A stretch of 64,000 nt of DNA, taken from NCBI GenBank assembly GCA_963514005.1, contig OY740808.1, forward strand, positions 11,780,001 through 11,844,000, read 5' to 3'. Position 1 is the first letter of the stretch. Every line of letters starts with the position of its first letter. This DNA is from Raja brachyura (Eukaryota). Positions 1 to 13,800 of this stretch are shown piece by piece. The translations under genes and the position numbers were made by a program. The notes beneath the pieces are model-generated. The model was not told the DNA's origin. It saw only the letters and a list, made by a program, of their open reading frames with translations, and made no database searches.

Positions 1-90
1 GAAAATAAAAGGGCCTTAAGAAAAGAAAGGAAATCAGAAGAAACTGCAAAAAAGATAGAACTAAACAGAAAAGAAAGGGAATGTGCCTAA

Positions 91-567
91 TTGATCCTTG
101 GGATGGTGGGACTGTCATATGAGGAAAGATTGAAAAGTCTAGGCTTGTATTCACTGGAGTTTAGAAGGATGAGGGGGGATCTTATAGAAACATATAAAAT
201 TATAGAAAGACTGGACAAGCTAGATGCAGGAAAAATGTTCCCAATGTTGGGTGAGTCCAGAACCAGGGGCCACAGTCTTAGAATAAAGGGGAGGTCATTT
301 AAGACTGAGCTGAGAAAAAACTTTTTTACCCAGAGAGTTGTGAATTTATGGAATTCCCTGCCACAGAGGGCAGTGGAGGCCAAATCACTGGATGAATTTA
401 AGAGAGAGTTGGATAGAGCTCTAGGGGCTAGTGGAGTCAAGGGATATGGGGAGAAGGCAGGCACGGGTTATTGATAGCGGACGATCAGCCATGATCACAA
501 TGAATGGCGATGCTGGCTCGAAGGGCCGAATGGCCTCCTCCTGCACCTATTTTCTATGTTTCTATGT
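91..567 (+). mobile_element. CR1-clade LINE 3' fragment (shark HER1-like)
   Basis: LSYEERLKSLGLYSLEFRRMRGDLIETYKI...FFTQRVVNLWNSLP; tail ...tttctatgtttctatg. Confidence 0.9.
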
Positions 568-905
568 AATTCATAACGTTACACACCCCTCACCTAGTTC
601 TAAAACAGTTACTTTCCAGGGTTATGTTGCACCATATTACATTTGTAATAAACCAATGAAAGACGACCATATCTTAAAGAATTGTTCTGGTTTTCATGCT
701 AGAACAAGTCTCATTTCCTCGAGATGTAATATTTCCGACATATTTGTAATCCACATTTTAAACGTTGGGATAGGTGCGTTTTTCCAGAATTTAAGTGTAA
801 TTTTTTTTGCCGTTATCAAACCATAGTTGAGGAAACATCTTTGAAATGACGTTAGCTCAGAACAGGCTTCCATTTATCGGGAAAATAAGTTAAAATGAAA
901 TATCA
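568..905 (-). mobile_element. L1/Tx1-like LINE ORF2 3' fragment
   Basis: Similar to 13230-13450 (ttgaatgttgg...gcgtttttcca...), which encodes an L1-type C-terminus. Confidence 0.6.
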
Positions 906-1212
906 ACATTTTTCGATTGAGTGGTTGTAATAAATTAACTCATCAGTGTTTCCAGCATTTCCATCTTTATTTCATGCAGTGGCTTATTAGAGTATTAATG
1001 CCCTCTGAGGCATGGATTCACAATATTATTATGTGAAGTGGTAAATGTTTAAAAAATAATGTATTTTAAAGATTCAGCGGAAAATAAGACTACAGATAGC
1101 TGTTTCAGAGCTGATATGAATAATAGGATAAAGGGCATTTTGTTTTGCACAACATTGCAATGTAATAACAATTACGTCTCTATAACATAATTATCCTTGC
1201 TTTTTCTCTTAG

Positions 1213-1439
1213 ATGCTCTGCTAGCTGACCTAGAGTCAACAACTTCACAGATTTCAAAAAGACCCATTTTTATCCCAGAGGAAACCCCGTACTCCTATCC
1301 AACAGGAAGCCATGCTTGCCCAGAAGTATCCATTCCCCCACCAGTGCCACCACCTCCCTCAGCTGATGCTTTGAATGGGGTAATCATCGACTCAGTTGAA
1401 CAAAGGCAACCCTCTGTTTCACGATATCAGCACCAGAAG
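1213..1439 (+). CDS. PXN: Paxillin exon 2 (LD1 end, Y31 motif, Pro-rich SH3 site)
   Basis: ttag|AT GCT CTG... encodes DALLADLESTTSQISKRPIFIPEETPYSYP...PPPVPPPPS; donor AAG|GTAGGT; exon 1 (MDDL) is outside the window. Confidence 0.97.
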
Positions 1440-3523
1440 GTAGGTGTGAGCTATCCTTTGTCCATGCAATTATTGTTCTGTGGCTGCTCCTTGCCCTCTC
1501 CCTCAATTTCTCCCACATTTTAATTTCTTATGACACTAAAGTGAATTTTCCACACCAAATTTGAATAGTTCACATTTTTTGATGCTGCTTTATTTCTTCC
1601 TCTTTTAGACTATTAATGGAATTAACATAATAAAGTTATCACAAACTCAGATGGCCCCATTAAATAGACCTCTCTTGTCAAGTAATTAAGTACAGCTCTC
1701 ATTCTTCAATAAACAGTTTATGACAGTATAAGGGAAAAACAGTTGTCTAGAAAGTTAGTTGCACAGTACGTTATTTTTCTTCAACATTTTGAAATTGAAC
1801 ACTTTTCCCTTGGATTGGATTTGACCAGGCATGAGTCACCTTTGTGCCAATGATTTGATTTTAACCCATGGGACTCATGGGATGACTTCATTCCCATTGC
1901 AATGCTATTGTAGAAGCATTGTAAAAAAAAACAGAGGACATTGTAACAGGAGAACCCATTAGTGAGCACAGCTGGGGCACCTTGCGCTTCTCAACACTGT
2001 CCCAGACTGGGTCTTCTGCCAGATAAGTGAAATCTTGCCCACATGCTTCCGACTTTGTGCTGCACCTATGAATCTCCAGATCTCCAACACTATTGCAATC
2101 CCCGCCCAGAAACTCACCCTCTTAACCCCCCCCCCCCCCCCAATATGTTAACGTCCTGACCCTTCCTAAACACTGCCAATCTTGCCATTTTCCCTTCCCT
2201 CTCCACTGTCTGTCAATACCAGATTCTAATGTTTCTTATTCCTTCCAGAGCATGAAGCATGCTGGTGGGTAGATTTCATTATCAAAATAGGTATTAGTTA
2301 AGAGCTACTATCTACCACAATTTATTTGAAAGTGTTTCTTGAAACTCTTCTTGATGTAGCTGAGGTCCCCTTAGTTTCTGTAAAATTTAAACAAAAAATG
2401 TTTTTGGCACATATGCTGTTTTGTGTCATCTAGAAGTATTTCTTCCGTTGGGGTTATGAGGTGGAGGATTTTTCTTTAATGTCTTGCAGACATGATAAAA
2501 TGTAACTGTGATATTTTGCACACAAAATAATGGGAGTACATTGAATGTTGTGCAATTTTAAATTATTGTGGTCCCACTATGACACATCTGGGAATATGAC
2601 TTGGTGTGTTGTAGGGCTAATCATGGCTCATTTGGCCATAAATGGCATTTAAGAGACTTTGAATTCTGAACAGAATCTTAACAGATTGAAAGCATACTGA
2701 ATCACCTGCCAGTTTGTATCTCTGAATTTAGTATTATTTTCCACTGAGTCATTCAGAACAGCTTAGTTCCATTATAGAACAGAGTTGAACTTAAAACAAC
2801 TTGGCATTATTGCCAGTATCCAGGAAGAACATTCTTCCTTTGAAATTATACTTTAATTCCCTAGAATGGAATTCTAGCAGGGCTGGCAAGTGTTTCTTTC
2901 TGGGCATGTGATGCACCCAAGAATATCTTTTGTTGGCAAACAAAATAAATAAATTGATGCATTGCTACAATGAATGAGTGATCTCCAACTAAATTCCCTC
3001 CAGTGAAATAATTTGCAGCAGAGGGATTTTGAGCACAACTTCCATTGTAATTGAAAGCAGTGATAATTTAGTTTTATGATTGCTGGTGTGACAAGTGTTT
3101 GGATCTTCTGAACCTTGTGTCAACTTGAGTCTTTGTGAATGGGGGAAGGGATGTAAGCAAAAAGGAACGTGAAAGTACTGCCAAGAGTCGAAGGGGATTT
3201 TTCTGCTGATTAGTCTGGCTTCTAAAATCTTGAGAGATGCCTCTGAAATATTTTTTTTCAGTAATAAAGAGAGTGAATATTATGTGGATTAATTCCTAGA
3301 AGGTAGTTGATAAAGGCAGCAAATAAGACATTATAAAAAGTTGAGGCAAATAACATTTAAAAGAACGTCAATAGACTCAAAATGCTGGAGTAACTCAGCG
3401 GGACAGGCAGCATCTATGGATAGAAAGAATGGGTGACGTTTCGGGTCGAGGCCCTTTTTCAGACAAAAGAACGTAATCTTGAGGCTGTGAGAATATATTT
3501 TTTCATATTCTAAAGGAGTAGGC

Positions 3524-3809
3524 CAGAGGGGTTGGCAACCTATGGCCCCCAGGCCAATGCAGCCCATTACCCGAACTCATCCGGTCCACAGACGGATTTT
3601 TTCTTCCCGTAATCATCATGCCCGCCGAGTGCGGCCGAGCTCTGGCTGTACCGCATCCTGCGCAAAGCCGTCGGCACTGCCGCGCACCTTCTGTGAACAC
3701 ATGATTTGATGCCTGCCATCCGGGGCGGGATCCATGTGTACTGATGATAAATGTGACCCACCATTCACTCACAGACATGCGTACTGCAGAGCAAGGTTGC
3801 CGACCCCTG
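3524..3809. mobile_element. hAT-type MITE
   Basis: TIRs CAGAGGGGTTGGCAACCT / AGGTTGCCGACCCCTG; 8-bp TSD GAGTAGGC / CAGTAGGC. Confidence 0.85.
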
Positions 3810-4020
3810 CAGTAGGCAATGATATATGCCCTGCTGTGAACTGTGACTGTTTGTTCGTTATTCATATAATCGATTTGAATACAGTGAGATGTTGACGCTT
3901 TTTGATACCAGTTTTCAATGTATAGGAGGTTAGATAGAATTATACAATTCACATGGGTATGGATTGGATAGAAGGTTCCTTACGCAATATTATTTTGTGT
4001 AAAAGAGCACAAAATTGAAA

Positions 4021-4387
4021 CGTATAAGATTATTAAGGGTTTGGACACGCTAGAGGCAGGAAACATGTTCCCGATGTTGGGGGAGTCCAGAACCAGGGGT
4101 CACAGTTTAAGAATAAGGGGTAAGCCATTTAGAATGGAGATGAGTAAACACCTTTTCATCACAGAGAGTTGTGAGTCTGTGGAATTCTCTGCCTCAGACG
4201 CGGTGGAGGCCAGTTCTCTGGATACTTTCAAGAGAGCTAGATAGGGCTCTTGATGATAGCAGAGTAAAGGGATATGGGGAGAAGGCAGGAATGGGGTACT
4301 GATTGGGGATGATCAGCCATGATCACATTGAATGCCGGTGCTGGCTTGAAGGGCCGAATGGCCTACTGCACCTATTGTCTATTGTCG
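4021..4387 (+). mobile_element. CR1 LINE 3' fragment
   Basis: AGNMFPMLGESRTRGHSLRI...; tail ctattgtctattgtc. Confidence 0.88.
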
Positions 4388-4957
4388 AAAATAAATATGC
4401 ATTAAAAATTATGTTCTTACTGGGTTCTGGGATTTCAGACAGACTTTTAAACATAGAAGTGATGGTGACAAAACAATAACAATTAAACTTCTCTGTTTAT
4501 GATACACATGAAAGGAATATATTATAGGAAGAAATCAAGTATGTTTGTAGACACAAGATTGAGTAGTACAGGTTTATTTTCCTTAAATCGTCTGAGAAGA
4601 ATAATATCATAGAAATAGCACAACAGCAAATTTTCTTAGGCTTTGGGTGACTTGAAAAAGTTTATTATGTTACTCTTTAGGATGGGTCAATTTATATTTT
4701 TAACGCCATCAAAGCAGCTGAGAGGGAAAATGTGAGGGAAAAAAAGGCTGTTAGCATTGAAACTCAATTAGATGACAAGAACGGAGAAACAGTTTAGTGG
4801 CTATTTTTTGCATGTTGTGTTATTAGAACGTGGAATGAGAGCAGAAAGATCTTCAGCATGAGTGAAAATAGATAAATTAACATTTTCGGAGTAACCATTC
4901 TCCAGAAAAATGAAAACTTATCACCTCTGTAAAGATGCTAGGTAAAATCCTATGTTG

Positions 4958-5082
4958 GAAGGAACTGCAGATGTTGGTTTACACCGAAGATAGACACAAA
5001 ATGCTGGAGTAACTCAGCGGGACAGGCAGCGTCTCTGGATATAAGGAATGGGTGACGTTTCGGGTCGAGGCCCTTCTTCAGT
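4958..5082 (-). mobile_element. Penelope-derived terminal fragment with hammerhead core
   Basis: Reverse strand CTGAAGA AGGGCCTCGACCC GAAA CGTC; related copies at ~3370, 8110, 11990, 21633, 22941, 29413, 46597, 48305, 57245, 58920, 60910, 62575. Confidence 0.75.
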
Positions 5083-6422
5083 ATGTTTCCTAGTTTTTGT
5101 TTGTTCCAAGTTCTTGGAACTTGCAGATTTTTCATGTATGTATGATGAGTAGAACTGGAGTATTTTAGGTTGGTGCCTGTTGAAGTCAAGCCTGCCATTG
5201 CATTTAAGAGGAGGAGGAGTAGTACTTTTATGGTAAAATAGGTACAGAGACTTTGGATTACAGTAGATAATGACAGGCGAGTAATTAGCTCTAGCATCAA
5301 TGAAGTTAGAATTGCTTACTGTTGTATTTAATTAAAATAAAATCAATGAACATATAGGCATGCATAATAAACACTTTCTTTCCCTTGGTTGTGTAGGGTC
5401 ACCAAGAGGAGATCTCGCCTTCAATTGGAATCACCAGCTCTCCCCAGGTACAGCTTTGAATGTCATGTATCCATGAGAGAACTGAGATTTTCTGACCATT
5501 ATAATTATTTGTTTTTAATTTCTAGAGTGGTGACAATTCACTGCTTCTTTCCGGACACTGTTCTCCATCTAAACGTTTGCTGTTCTGTCCTCTCTCTCCA
5601 TTCATGTCCATTATGGGGAGAAGGCAGTAGAATGGGGTTCGGTGAGAGAGATATATCAGACATGATTGAATGGTGGAGTAGTCTTGATGGGCCGAATGAC
5701 CTAATTCTGCTCCTATCACTTCTGACCTAATCCCACAACTAAGATTTTCTGTCTATTTGAGTCGATTAAATTTTCTTAATTTCCCCCCCGCAAAATAAAT
5801 ATTTGAACGGTCACTGTTGCCTCCACCCAGGTGAGACAATAACTGCAGCTGCAGGATCATAAAAAGCTACTTAATTAATTTCTTTAGTCAGAAATTAAAG
5901 AGTCTGATTTTGTACCCTTCAATATTCAGGGCATTTTAATCTTAAATAACTGCTGAAAGAAAGTTAATTAAAAGTAGTTCCAATCCAAATGTGAAATCGA
6001 GCAGAATATAGTTAATTCCAGGGTTAAAGCCCTAGGATGTTCTGGTTTAAAATTGAGGCTTGCTGTCCCATACAGATTGAAATTCTTTGGCTGTGAGTTT
6101 AAGCCACACCTTGCCAGTAGATGTGCAGGATGAATAAATAATGACCTTGGTGCAGTTTGTTTGGAAGGAGCGGCAGTATTCAGATTAAATCACTGATTCA
6201 TTCTTCTAAATTAATTTCTTGATTTAAGAGTAAAAAAAACTTGAAATATCATTTTTACAGTACTTGGCAGAAGTTGGATGTTACTAGTTTTTTAAAGCAC
6301 CAACACTAAACTGTAGCCAATTTAGTGTTATGGTTTGTTTTTAGTTCTCACGGTTTATATTCAAGATCTGAAGATCATTATTACCTTTCTCATTGCTGAG
6401 TATCAGATGTTCCTTATTTCAG

Positions 6423-6523
6423 CCACAGCAGCAGACTTACTCCACAAATGTGAAAGGTTCCTTCTCTCAAGATTCCATCAGTCCTCCTGCTCCACGTTCT
6501 TCTGAGGAAGACCATGTTTACAG
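6423..6523 (+). CDS. PXN: Paxillin exon 3 (Y118 motif)
   Basis: ttcag|CCA...EEDHVY-S, donor AG|GTACTC; phase fits neighbouring exons. Confidence 0.93.
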
Positions 6524-7291
6524 GTACTCAACAGGGCAAGTTGCTCTTTTAGATGGGGTGGCAGAGAGTAATTTCCTCTAGTGTAGCAGTGTAACTCATC
6601 AGTGAGTGAATAAGTGCTTTATTCAGATGAAACATATTGTAGGTGGAATAATTATTATGATCTCTTCTCCAAGGAAGATACAAATGTGACCCACCATCAT
6701 AAGTAAAATTATGGTATTTGTTATTATGGTATGTTGAGGCTGATCTCTTTGTAAATGCAGATGGACTGCTTTTCTTGAACAAGTAGTGGTTGTTTAAATG
6801 AATGAATGTGATAATTTATGACTGCCGTGAAAGAAAAGTTTCATTGACAGCTGAACAAAGACTGCCTTTTTAAACTGAGTGACGGTGACAGCTAAAACAG
6901 ATCCTTTCCCAGATAACGTCTTCTAAAATGGGGCTGAGTACATAATGGATGAGCAGTCGGTCTTTATAGACTTGTAGATAGCCTCCATCTCGTAAATGGA
7001 AATATTTATCATACTACTTTACGAACATTGCTTTGCTCAATTTCTAACGTTAAACATATTGTACCATTTGTAAATAATTACTGACTAACCATAGGAGGTT
7101 ATTAAAATGTTCTTATCAATGCAGCTGTGTAGCCATAACTTCCAGTTATTTGACAGGAACAATGTAATAAAATTCTAAAGTGATCTGCTGAGGATAGTAA
7201 GAAGACAATGAGTCATTAGCAAATTAGCAGGGGTGATTAAAGGCACAGTTGGATAAGTTTTTATTTTGAAGAGCAGGATTGACAACTGTTA

Positions 7292-7844
7292 AGGGCCTGT
7301 CCCACCAGCATGCAAATCTATGCGATGAGCGCGACCTAACGTGGTCGCTTGAGCCGTCCGGCGTCGCGGGCCGGTCCCACTTCGATCGCCGGAGCCGTGC
7401 GGAATTGTGCGGAGTTCGTCCCGACATCGCGCGGGGCTCCGAAAAACTGACTATGTTCAAAAATTCCGCGCGGCAACGGCTTGTCGGCTCGCAGTCGCCT
7501 CGACGCATTCCACATCGCCTCGACGTCGTGCCTCCGTGACCCTCTCTGTAGGTGCCTCCGTGACCCTCTGTGTTTGTGGCTCTGTGCCCCTCTCTGTGTG
7601 TCCCTCTCTGTCCTGGCGAACTTACCTTTAGACTTCGCTCCAAGTTCGCCTCACTTTGCGCCGCGTTGCGCCACTCACCCGACCTTCGCGCGGCCCCTAC
7701 TGCCCGTTTGGTCGCGCTTGCCGCATGCAGGCGCATGCTGGTGGGAACGGCCCTGTACAGGGGATCACCCGACCTCCGCGCGGCCCTCGCTGCCGGTTTG
7801 GTCGCGCTCATCACATGGAGTCGGATGCTGGTAGGACAGGCCCT
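7292..7844. mobile_element. PIF/Harbinger-like MITE, CpG-rich
   Basis: TIR AGGGCCTGTCCCACCAGCAT / ATGCTGGTAGGACAGGCCCT; TTA TSD at 7289-7291 and 7845-7847. Confidence 0.85.
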
Positions 7845-8109
7845 TTAGGATTGAAAATCCTGGGGTCAACCATGGACTGGGGAAAATGCACTGGACAGTC
7901 TGCACATTAGAGTAGAAGGAAGATGTAAATACAATGCAATGATACACAACCTAGTAAGACATTGGTTTTACTCATTGTTGCCTTTGATATTCGAAGATTG
8001 CTGGTTAGTAAATGGTATCTTCACTGTTTAAGGTTAAGGGACATTCATCCTCACCAAGAACAATAGTTGCCCTCCTTTCAATGTCATCAGTAACCATGTG
8101 TTGATTTTA

Positions 8110-8372
8110 TGAAGGTAGACAAAAATGCTGGAGAAACTCAGCGGGTGAGGCAACATCTATGGAGCGAAGGAAATAGGCAACGTTTCGGGTCAAGATGGTC
8201 CTTTCTTCAGACTGATGTGAGGGTGGGGAAGCGGGAAGAAGAAAAGAAGAGGTGGAGGCAATGGGCTGAGGGAGAGCTGAGAAGGGGAGGAGAAAGTAGG
8301 GACTACCTGAAATTAGAGAAGTAAATATTCATACCGTTGGGGTGCAAACTGCCCAAGCGAAATATGAGGTTG
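8110..8372 (-). mobile_element. Penelope-like element 3' fragment
   Basis: Minus frame LIFRLGSLHPNGMNI (GIY-YIG ORF end) next to the terminal repeat. Confidence 0.75.
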
Positions 8373-8612
8373 TTTTTATGAAGTTGTTTTAAAACAGTGC
8401 AGGATTGTGTGCCTGATGGAAGTGCGATGTCCGGGTTTCGTGGACAAATGATAATGCAATTATAGTCAATATTAATCTCTGTTATGTTTACTAATGATGA
8501 TGGCATAGTTGAACAGTGTTAATGTTTAAGTGAGGTATCCACCGCTGCTAGGTGTGGTTCAAACGGCTGAGCTTTTAGATAACAATGTGCTCTTATTCTG
8601 CCACATCTGCAG

Positions 8613-8752
8613 CTTCCCCAATAAAACAAAGTCCTCAGAACCTTCACCGATTGTAATGACTGCCTCACTCGGCAGTAATCTCTCTGAATTGGATCGTCTC
8701 TTGTTGGAACTGAATGAGGTGCAACACAATCCATCTACCAGCTTTGCAACAG
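8613..8752 (+). CDS. PXN: Paxillin exon 4 (LD2), GC donor
   Basis: FPNKTKSSEPSPIVMTASLGSNLSELDRLLLELNEVQHN; ends CAG|GCAAGT in phase 1, as exon 5 requires. Confidence 0.93.
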
Positions 8753-9520
8753 GCAAGTACTGAGTATAAAACAGCATCAATTTTTTTACAAAAACCATGC
8801 TTCAATGCAGTGGGAAAAGAAGTAATTTTTTTTAATTTGCATTTTCTCCCTTCTATACTAAGAATGGAGAGAGTGCAGATTTAAAAGGCCACTTTTAGAA
8901 TTTAACAGGTACATTTGTATTCTTGTGATTTACCTGTGGGACTGTACGTTCTGAAATCCGTGAGGAATTGAAATAAATGTTTGAAAATTTTGAGTAGTCC
9001 CCAGTCTGTGTTTGGATTTAATCTCATTATTTGTTTATGGCATTGCTGAAGTAATACGGATCTAAAACTTATAATATTTCTGAAATGAACATGTCAACAC
9101 ATCAGATTTGCTTTCTTCCTTGCTTATCCTCCTCATGTGAAAGGGATAGGTCAGATGGTTGGTTTCCAGAATTTTCCCAGTGCTGAACAGATTTAATGAC
9201 TGCATGAAACATAAAAGCTATCAAAAAGGAAATGTCTTGCTTCAGTTTGAAATTTCCTCTCAAACAGTGCAGAATGTTGACATGTGAGTAACTAAATTGA
9301 TGAGGATCTACACTTTTACACACAGCATCAGAAAATTAGGTTTTTTCCAGTGTCCTGCTCTGCATTTTGGAGTTTAAAATTCCCTTCCACGAAGTGGGTG
9401 TCGTTGGTTGAGTTAGTGTTTCAAGCTCGTGCTGGAGCCAAGAGGCTTGCTGGACCACTGCAGAGGGCAATTATGAGTCAAGCATCTTTGTTGGTCTGGA
9501 GTAACATGCAGATGAGATGC

Positions 9521-9757
9521 AGAGTGGTGAGTCTCTGGAATTCTCTGCCACAGAAGGTAGTTGAGGCCAGTTCATTGGCTATATTTAAGAGGGCGTTAGA
9601 TGTGGCACGTGTGGCTAAAGGGATCAGGGGGTATGGAGAGAAGGCAGGTACGGGATACTGAGTTGGATGATCAGCCATGATCACATTGAATGGCGGTGCA
9701 GGCTCGAAGGGCCGAATGGCCTACTCCTGCACCTATTTTCTATGTTTCTATGTTTCT
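9521..9757 (+). mobile_element. Young CR1 3' end
   Basis: Near-identical to the reverse complement of 42861-43093; (tttctatg)n tail. Confidence 0.9.
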
Positions 9758-11225
9758 AGGAGATTAGGCAGGAGATGTCTCTGTGGGGCATACAGCAATC
9801 TGGTGTCCGTTGGCCATCATTACAAGCTTTTTAATATTGATTAAATTATCTATTTTTTCCCCCAGGTATATGGTGGGATTTGAGCTCATGGCTTTGGATC
9901 TGGATACTAGACTAGGAGCTTATCAATAGTCAATCTTAATAGAAAATTGCACTCAATATTTTTCCCTTGCTTCTGCTTGCTTTGACAATATTCTAAAATG
10001 GCTGTGATTTGAAACCCTTGCGAAACAATGCAGTGTTATGAAACAACCTCCTATTTCAAACCTCCGAGGACTTTTTTATTAATTGGAAAATTTTATCTTG
10101 CAGTTAAAGGTTGTAAAATCTACTATAGAAGAAAGTATAATCTAGATAGATGCTTTAATAGATTTTGTTCCAAATAAAGCCTTTAGCCAATGTCTCATCT
10201 ATCCACAGATAAATGCAAAATCTACCACATTATTATGACCAATATGTTCCTTTAACCTGCAACACCAAAATGAGTTGTCTTTTCATTCATTTGTTAAAGG
10301 TTTAAGGTGTACACACAAGAATATAAGAAAATAGGAGCAGGAGTCAATCGCCCAGCCCTGCAAACCTTATTCTGCCATCAATATAATCATGGCTGATTCA
10401 TCCAATGCCTCAACCCCTCTTTGCCAGATTCCAATAGCCCTTGATCCTCCAATTTAAAAAAAAACTACTTTAAAGTCTTCAAATGAGCTACATTCCAAAC
10501 ACATGTGGAGGGTGCATAATCTCTGGAATTCTCTGTGAGAAGACATTTCTACATGCCTCACTTTCAAGTACCTGGCCGCTTGATTTGAAATTATATTCTT
10601 TGTTTAAAATTAATCCATTAATGAAAACATCTTAACATCTACCTTGCCACACTCCCTTAGGATGTGATATGTTTTAATAACATCACTTCTCATTCTTCTA
10701 AACTCAGAAGAATCCAAGCCCAACATGTTTGTTGATGGAAATCCCTTCACCCCAGGAATTACCTGGTAATTTCTTTTGAACTGCCCCTAATTCCATTATA
10801 GCATTTATTTTGTAAGGGGCCAACACTGTGGATAGAATTCTGAAATTCTGTATGATTGCAACAAAATCTTCCAATTTCTGAATTCCAAACCCTCTGCATT
10901 AAGCCCAATGTACCATTTGATAAGCGACATGCTCCAATTGCCTGCTAATTGTTTGTAATCCACACATAAAATCACTTGTATCCCTCTGCACTTGAAAAAT
11001 AATCATAGTCAGAAATAATCCACAGGCGGCAAGGCTCTGCAGGTTATCCTGAGTAATGACTGTGGTGCCGTTTAAATGCAAGTTCCTGTGTTACATGACA
11101 AATAACCAAGAACTCCAAGGGGAATAACTGAATTATGATATACGGAGCATTGGTAAATTTTGATTAAAAAATTTAAAGTATTCAAACTTTTTTTTGTGAC
11201 GAACCTCACTGCTGTCCTTCCTCAG

Positions 11226-11427
11226 ATGAGTCCAACCGCAGCCCCCATTCTGCTCCTGGCAGTGGCTCCCAGTACACAGGTCAAGAAAATGGAACTCAGA
11301 TGGGGAAAAAAGTGCCTCCCCCAACGAAAGAAAAACCCAAAAGAAATGGAGGCCGAGGAATTGACGATGTACGGCCAAGTGTGGAAAGCTTATTAGATGA
11401 ACTGGAGAGCTCAGTTCCCAGTCCAAG
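11226..11427 (+). CDS. PXN: Paxillin exon 5 (LD3)
   Basis: ctcag|AT GAG...KEKPKRNGGRGIDDVRPSVESLLDELESSVPSP, donor AG|GTATGC (frame not in ORF track). Confidence 0.95.
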
Positions 11428-12679
11428 GTATGCACGTGTTGCTATTTTAATCGATTCTTGCTTGTGCTGTCAGTAATCAGCACGTCAGTATTCAGAAGGA
11501 TTAGGACTGCTCTCTAATGTTGAAAAATAATAATTTGCCACATACATAGCTTTGCTTGTCATTCTGTAATTTTCCTTCTGGCCAATAACTGCAATCAATC
11601 GGATGCATATGATTTTTCAGATGTGCGGTATTTGATGATAGTGTGTGTGCACTTTCGGGCCCGAGTCTCTGGTGCTGTGGGGGGCGACTCTGCTGACGAC
11701 TCTCTGAGGCCAATTGGGCTGCAGGTCTGCGCATTTTTATAGTGGGATGGAGACATGGCCCGACGTTCGGGGGAAACCCATGCTGTTCAAATGTCTTTGT
11801 GTTCAAAATGTGGGAGGAAAGATAGAAGCACTGTTGTAGTTCTAACCTACACACAGTGGTAGTTTTAACCCACACACCCTAATGTGTAGCATAGAACTAG
11901 TGTATAGGAGATCACTGCTAGAAACACTGCTGTAGTTCTATAATACACATTGAATGGTCCCTAGTGCGTAGGATAGTTTTATTATACGGGGTTACACAAA
12001 AGGCTGGAGAAACTCAGCGGGTGCAGCAGCATCTAAGGAGCGAAGGAGATAGGCGACGTTTCGGGTCGAGACCCTTCTTATTATACGGGGTGATTGCTGG
12101 TGTTGACTCAGTGATACACGGCGTTGACTCAGTGTTTCCATTCTGTATCTCTAAGCTAAAATAGATCACAAAACACTATTGAAATATATAATTCTCCAAA
12201 GTATTCAAAATGCTTTTATTAGTACAGTAGTAAGGACAGTAGAAGAAACAGAGGAGCATCAATGTTCAGCACCTGTATCTCTAAAACTATACTAAACCAA
12301 GGATCGCTCCATCCACCTAGTGGTCACTGTGTGAAACAATGAACTGGGTCCACAAAATATTCGGTCCGCTATAACCGAAGTCTGTTAGAAAGGCAGCCTT
12401 TATTTTGATGGTTTACGGTATGAAATTTTGTCTGATGCTTGACTGCCCATTCTGCAGCCTGGCTGTGCATTCTTGAATTACTCACTGTTTACCATTGTTG
12501 CAACTTTGGTGTCAAATGCAAATTCAGAAATGTGATCCTGTATAACCTTGTCTTAATTGCTAATATACCTTTTTAAATTGTAATGGACAATCCATCTACA
12601 ACCTACTGATCATTGGTTTTAACTCTCTGCTCTCATTTAATCTGATTTTCTATTTTTAATTTAATACAGAGATATGTGA

Positions 12680-13800
12680 AGTGATACACTTTGGCAGAAG
12701 GAAACAGCAGATAATCCAATAAAAGTGCCACAGTTTGAAAATGTATTTTTATTCCTCCTCTCTTATTGGTCCTTTAAATCCAAATCCTTCTATTTTGCTA
12801 ACGAGCGATTACATAGAACTCGTATCAAAATCCTACTACAAATTTATGTGGATTGCATTTCTTTTGTCCACTTTTTCTATCCGTTTACAAAATATTCTGT
12901 CAGGTTCAGTGAACAAATTTGCCTTTTTTTTGTTTATTTTTGTTAGAAGTAAGTACAATAGTGTGGTACTTGAGTACCTAATCCATACATACATATTTCC
13001 ATTCTTGTACAACTTCGTACTTTTGATTTAATAATAAAAGAAGAGTGAGAGAAAAAAGAAATAAAGAGTGTTGGAATAGATAGACAAGCGAGTAGAAACG
13101 GATAGCAAAAGAGATAAAGGACAGAGATGAGAAGCTAAAAAGATTGAAAGAGAAGGAGAAAGTGAAGAAAAGAGAGATTAGGAGAGATCTACCTATTTCG
13201 TATTTTTGCACATCCGTCACCCGGTTCTAAACCATTTAATTTCTAAGGTTATGTTGCACCATATGCTTGTAAAAAGTTGATAAAAGGAGACCAAGTCTTT
13301 AAAAATTGGTCTACTTTGCTAGTAGGAGAAATCTCATTTCTTCAAGATGTAGCGTTTCAGACATGTTTGACATCCACATTTTGAATGTTGGCGTGGTTGC
13401 GTTTTTCCAAAATTTGAGTATAAGTTTTTTTGCTGTTATTAGACCGTAATTAAGAAAAGCTTCTTGGAATATAGTTTGTTTACTTCCTTCTTCCATTGAT
13501 CCAAAGATAATCAGTTCTGTATTGGGGTTCAATTTTGTGTTAAATAGTTTTGTAAAAATTCCAAAAATTTCATTCAAAATGTATACAGTTTTGTACAAGA
13601 GACAAAGGAATGTGCTATAGTGGCATTTTGAGTTAGACATTTGTCACGGATGGGGGAAACATTTGAAAATATTTTATTCAGTCTAGTTTTCGAATAATAT
13701 AATCTATGTAAAATTTTAAATTGAATTAGGTTATGTCTTACATTAATTGAACATTTGTTTACATATAATAAAACATTTTCCCATCATTCGGAATTTTTAT
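12680..13800 (-). mobile_element. L1/Tx1-like LINE 3' portion
   Basis: Minus ORF 13311-13640 ...LIIFG...ITAKKLILKFWKNATTPTFKMW, typical L1-clade ORF2 end; pyrimidine-rich 3' UTR. Confidence 0.7.

Noticed and set aside
7224-7947. Cluster of overlapping ORFs up to 196 aa
   Set aside because: Artefact of the GC-rich MITE; no protein motifs
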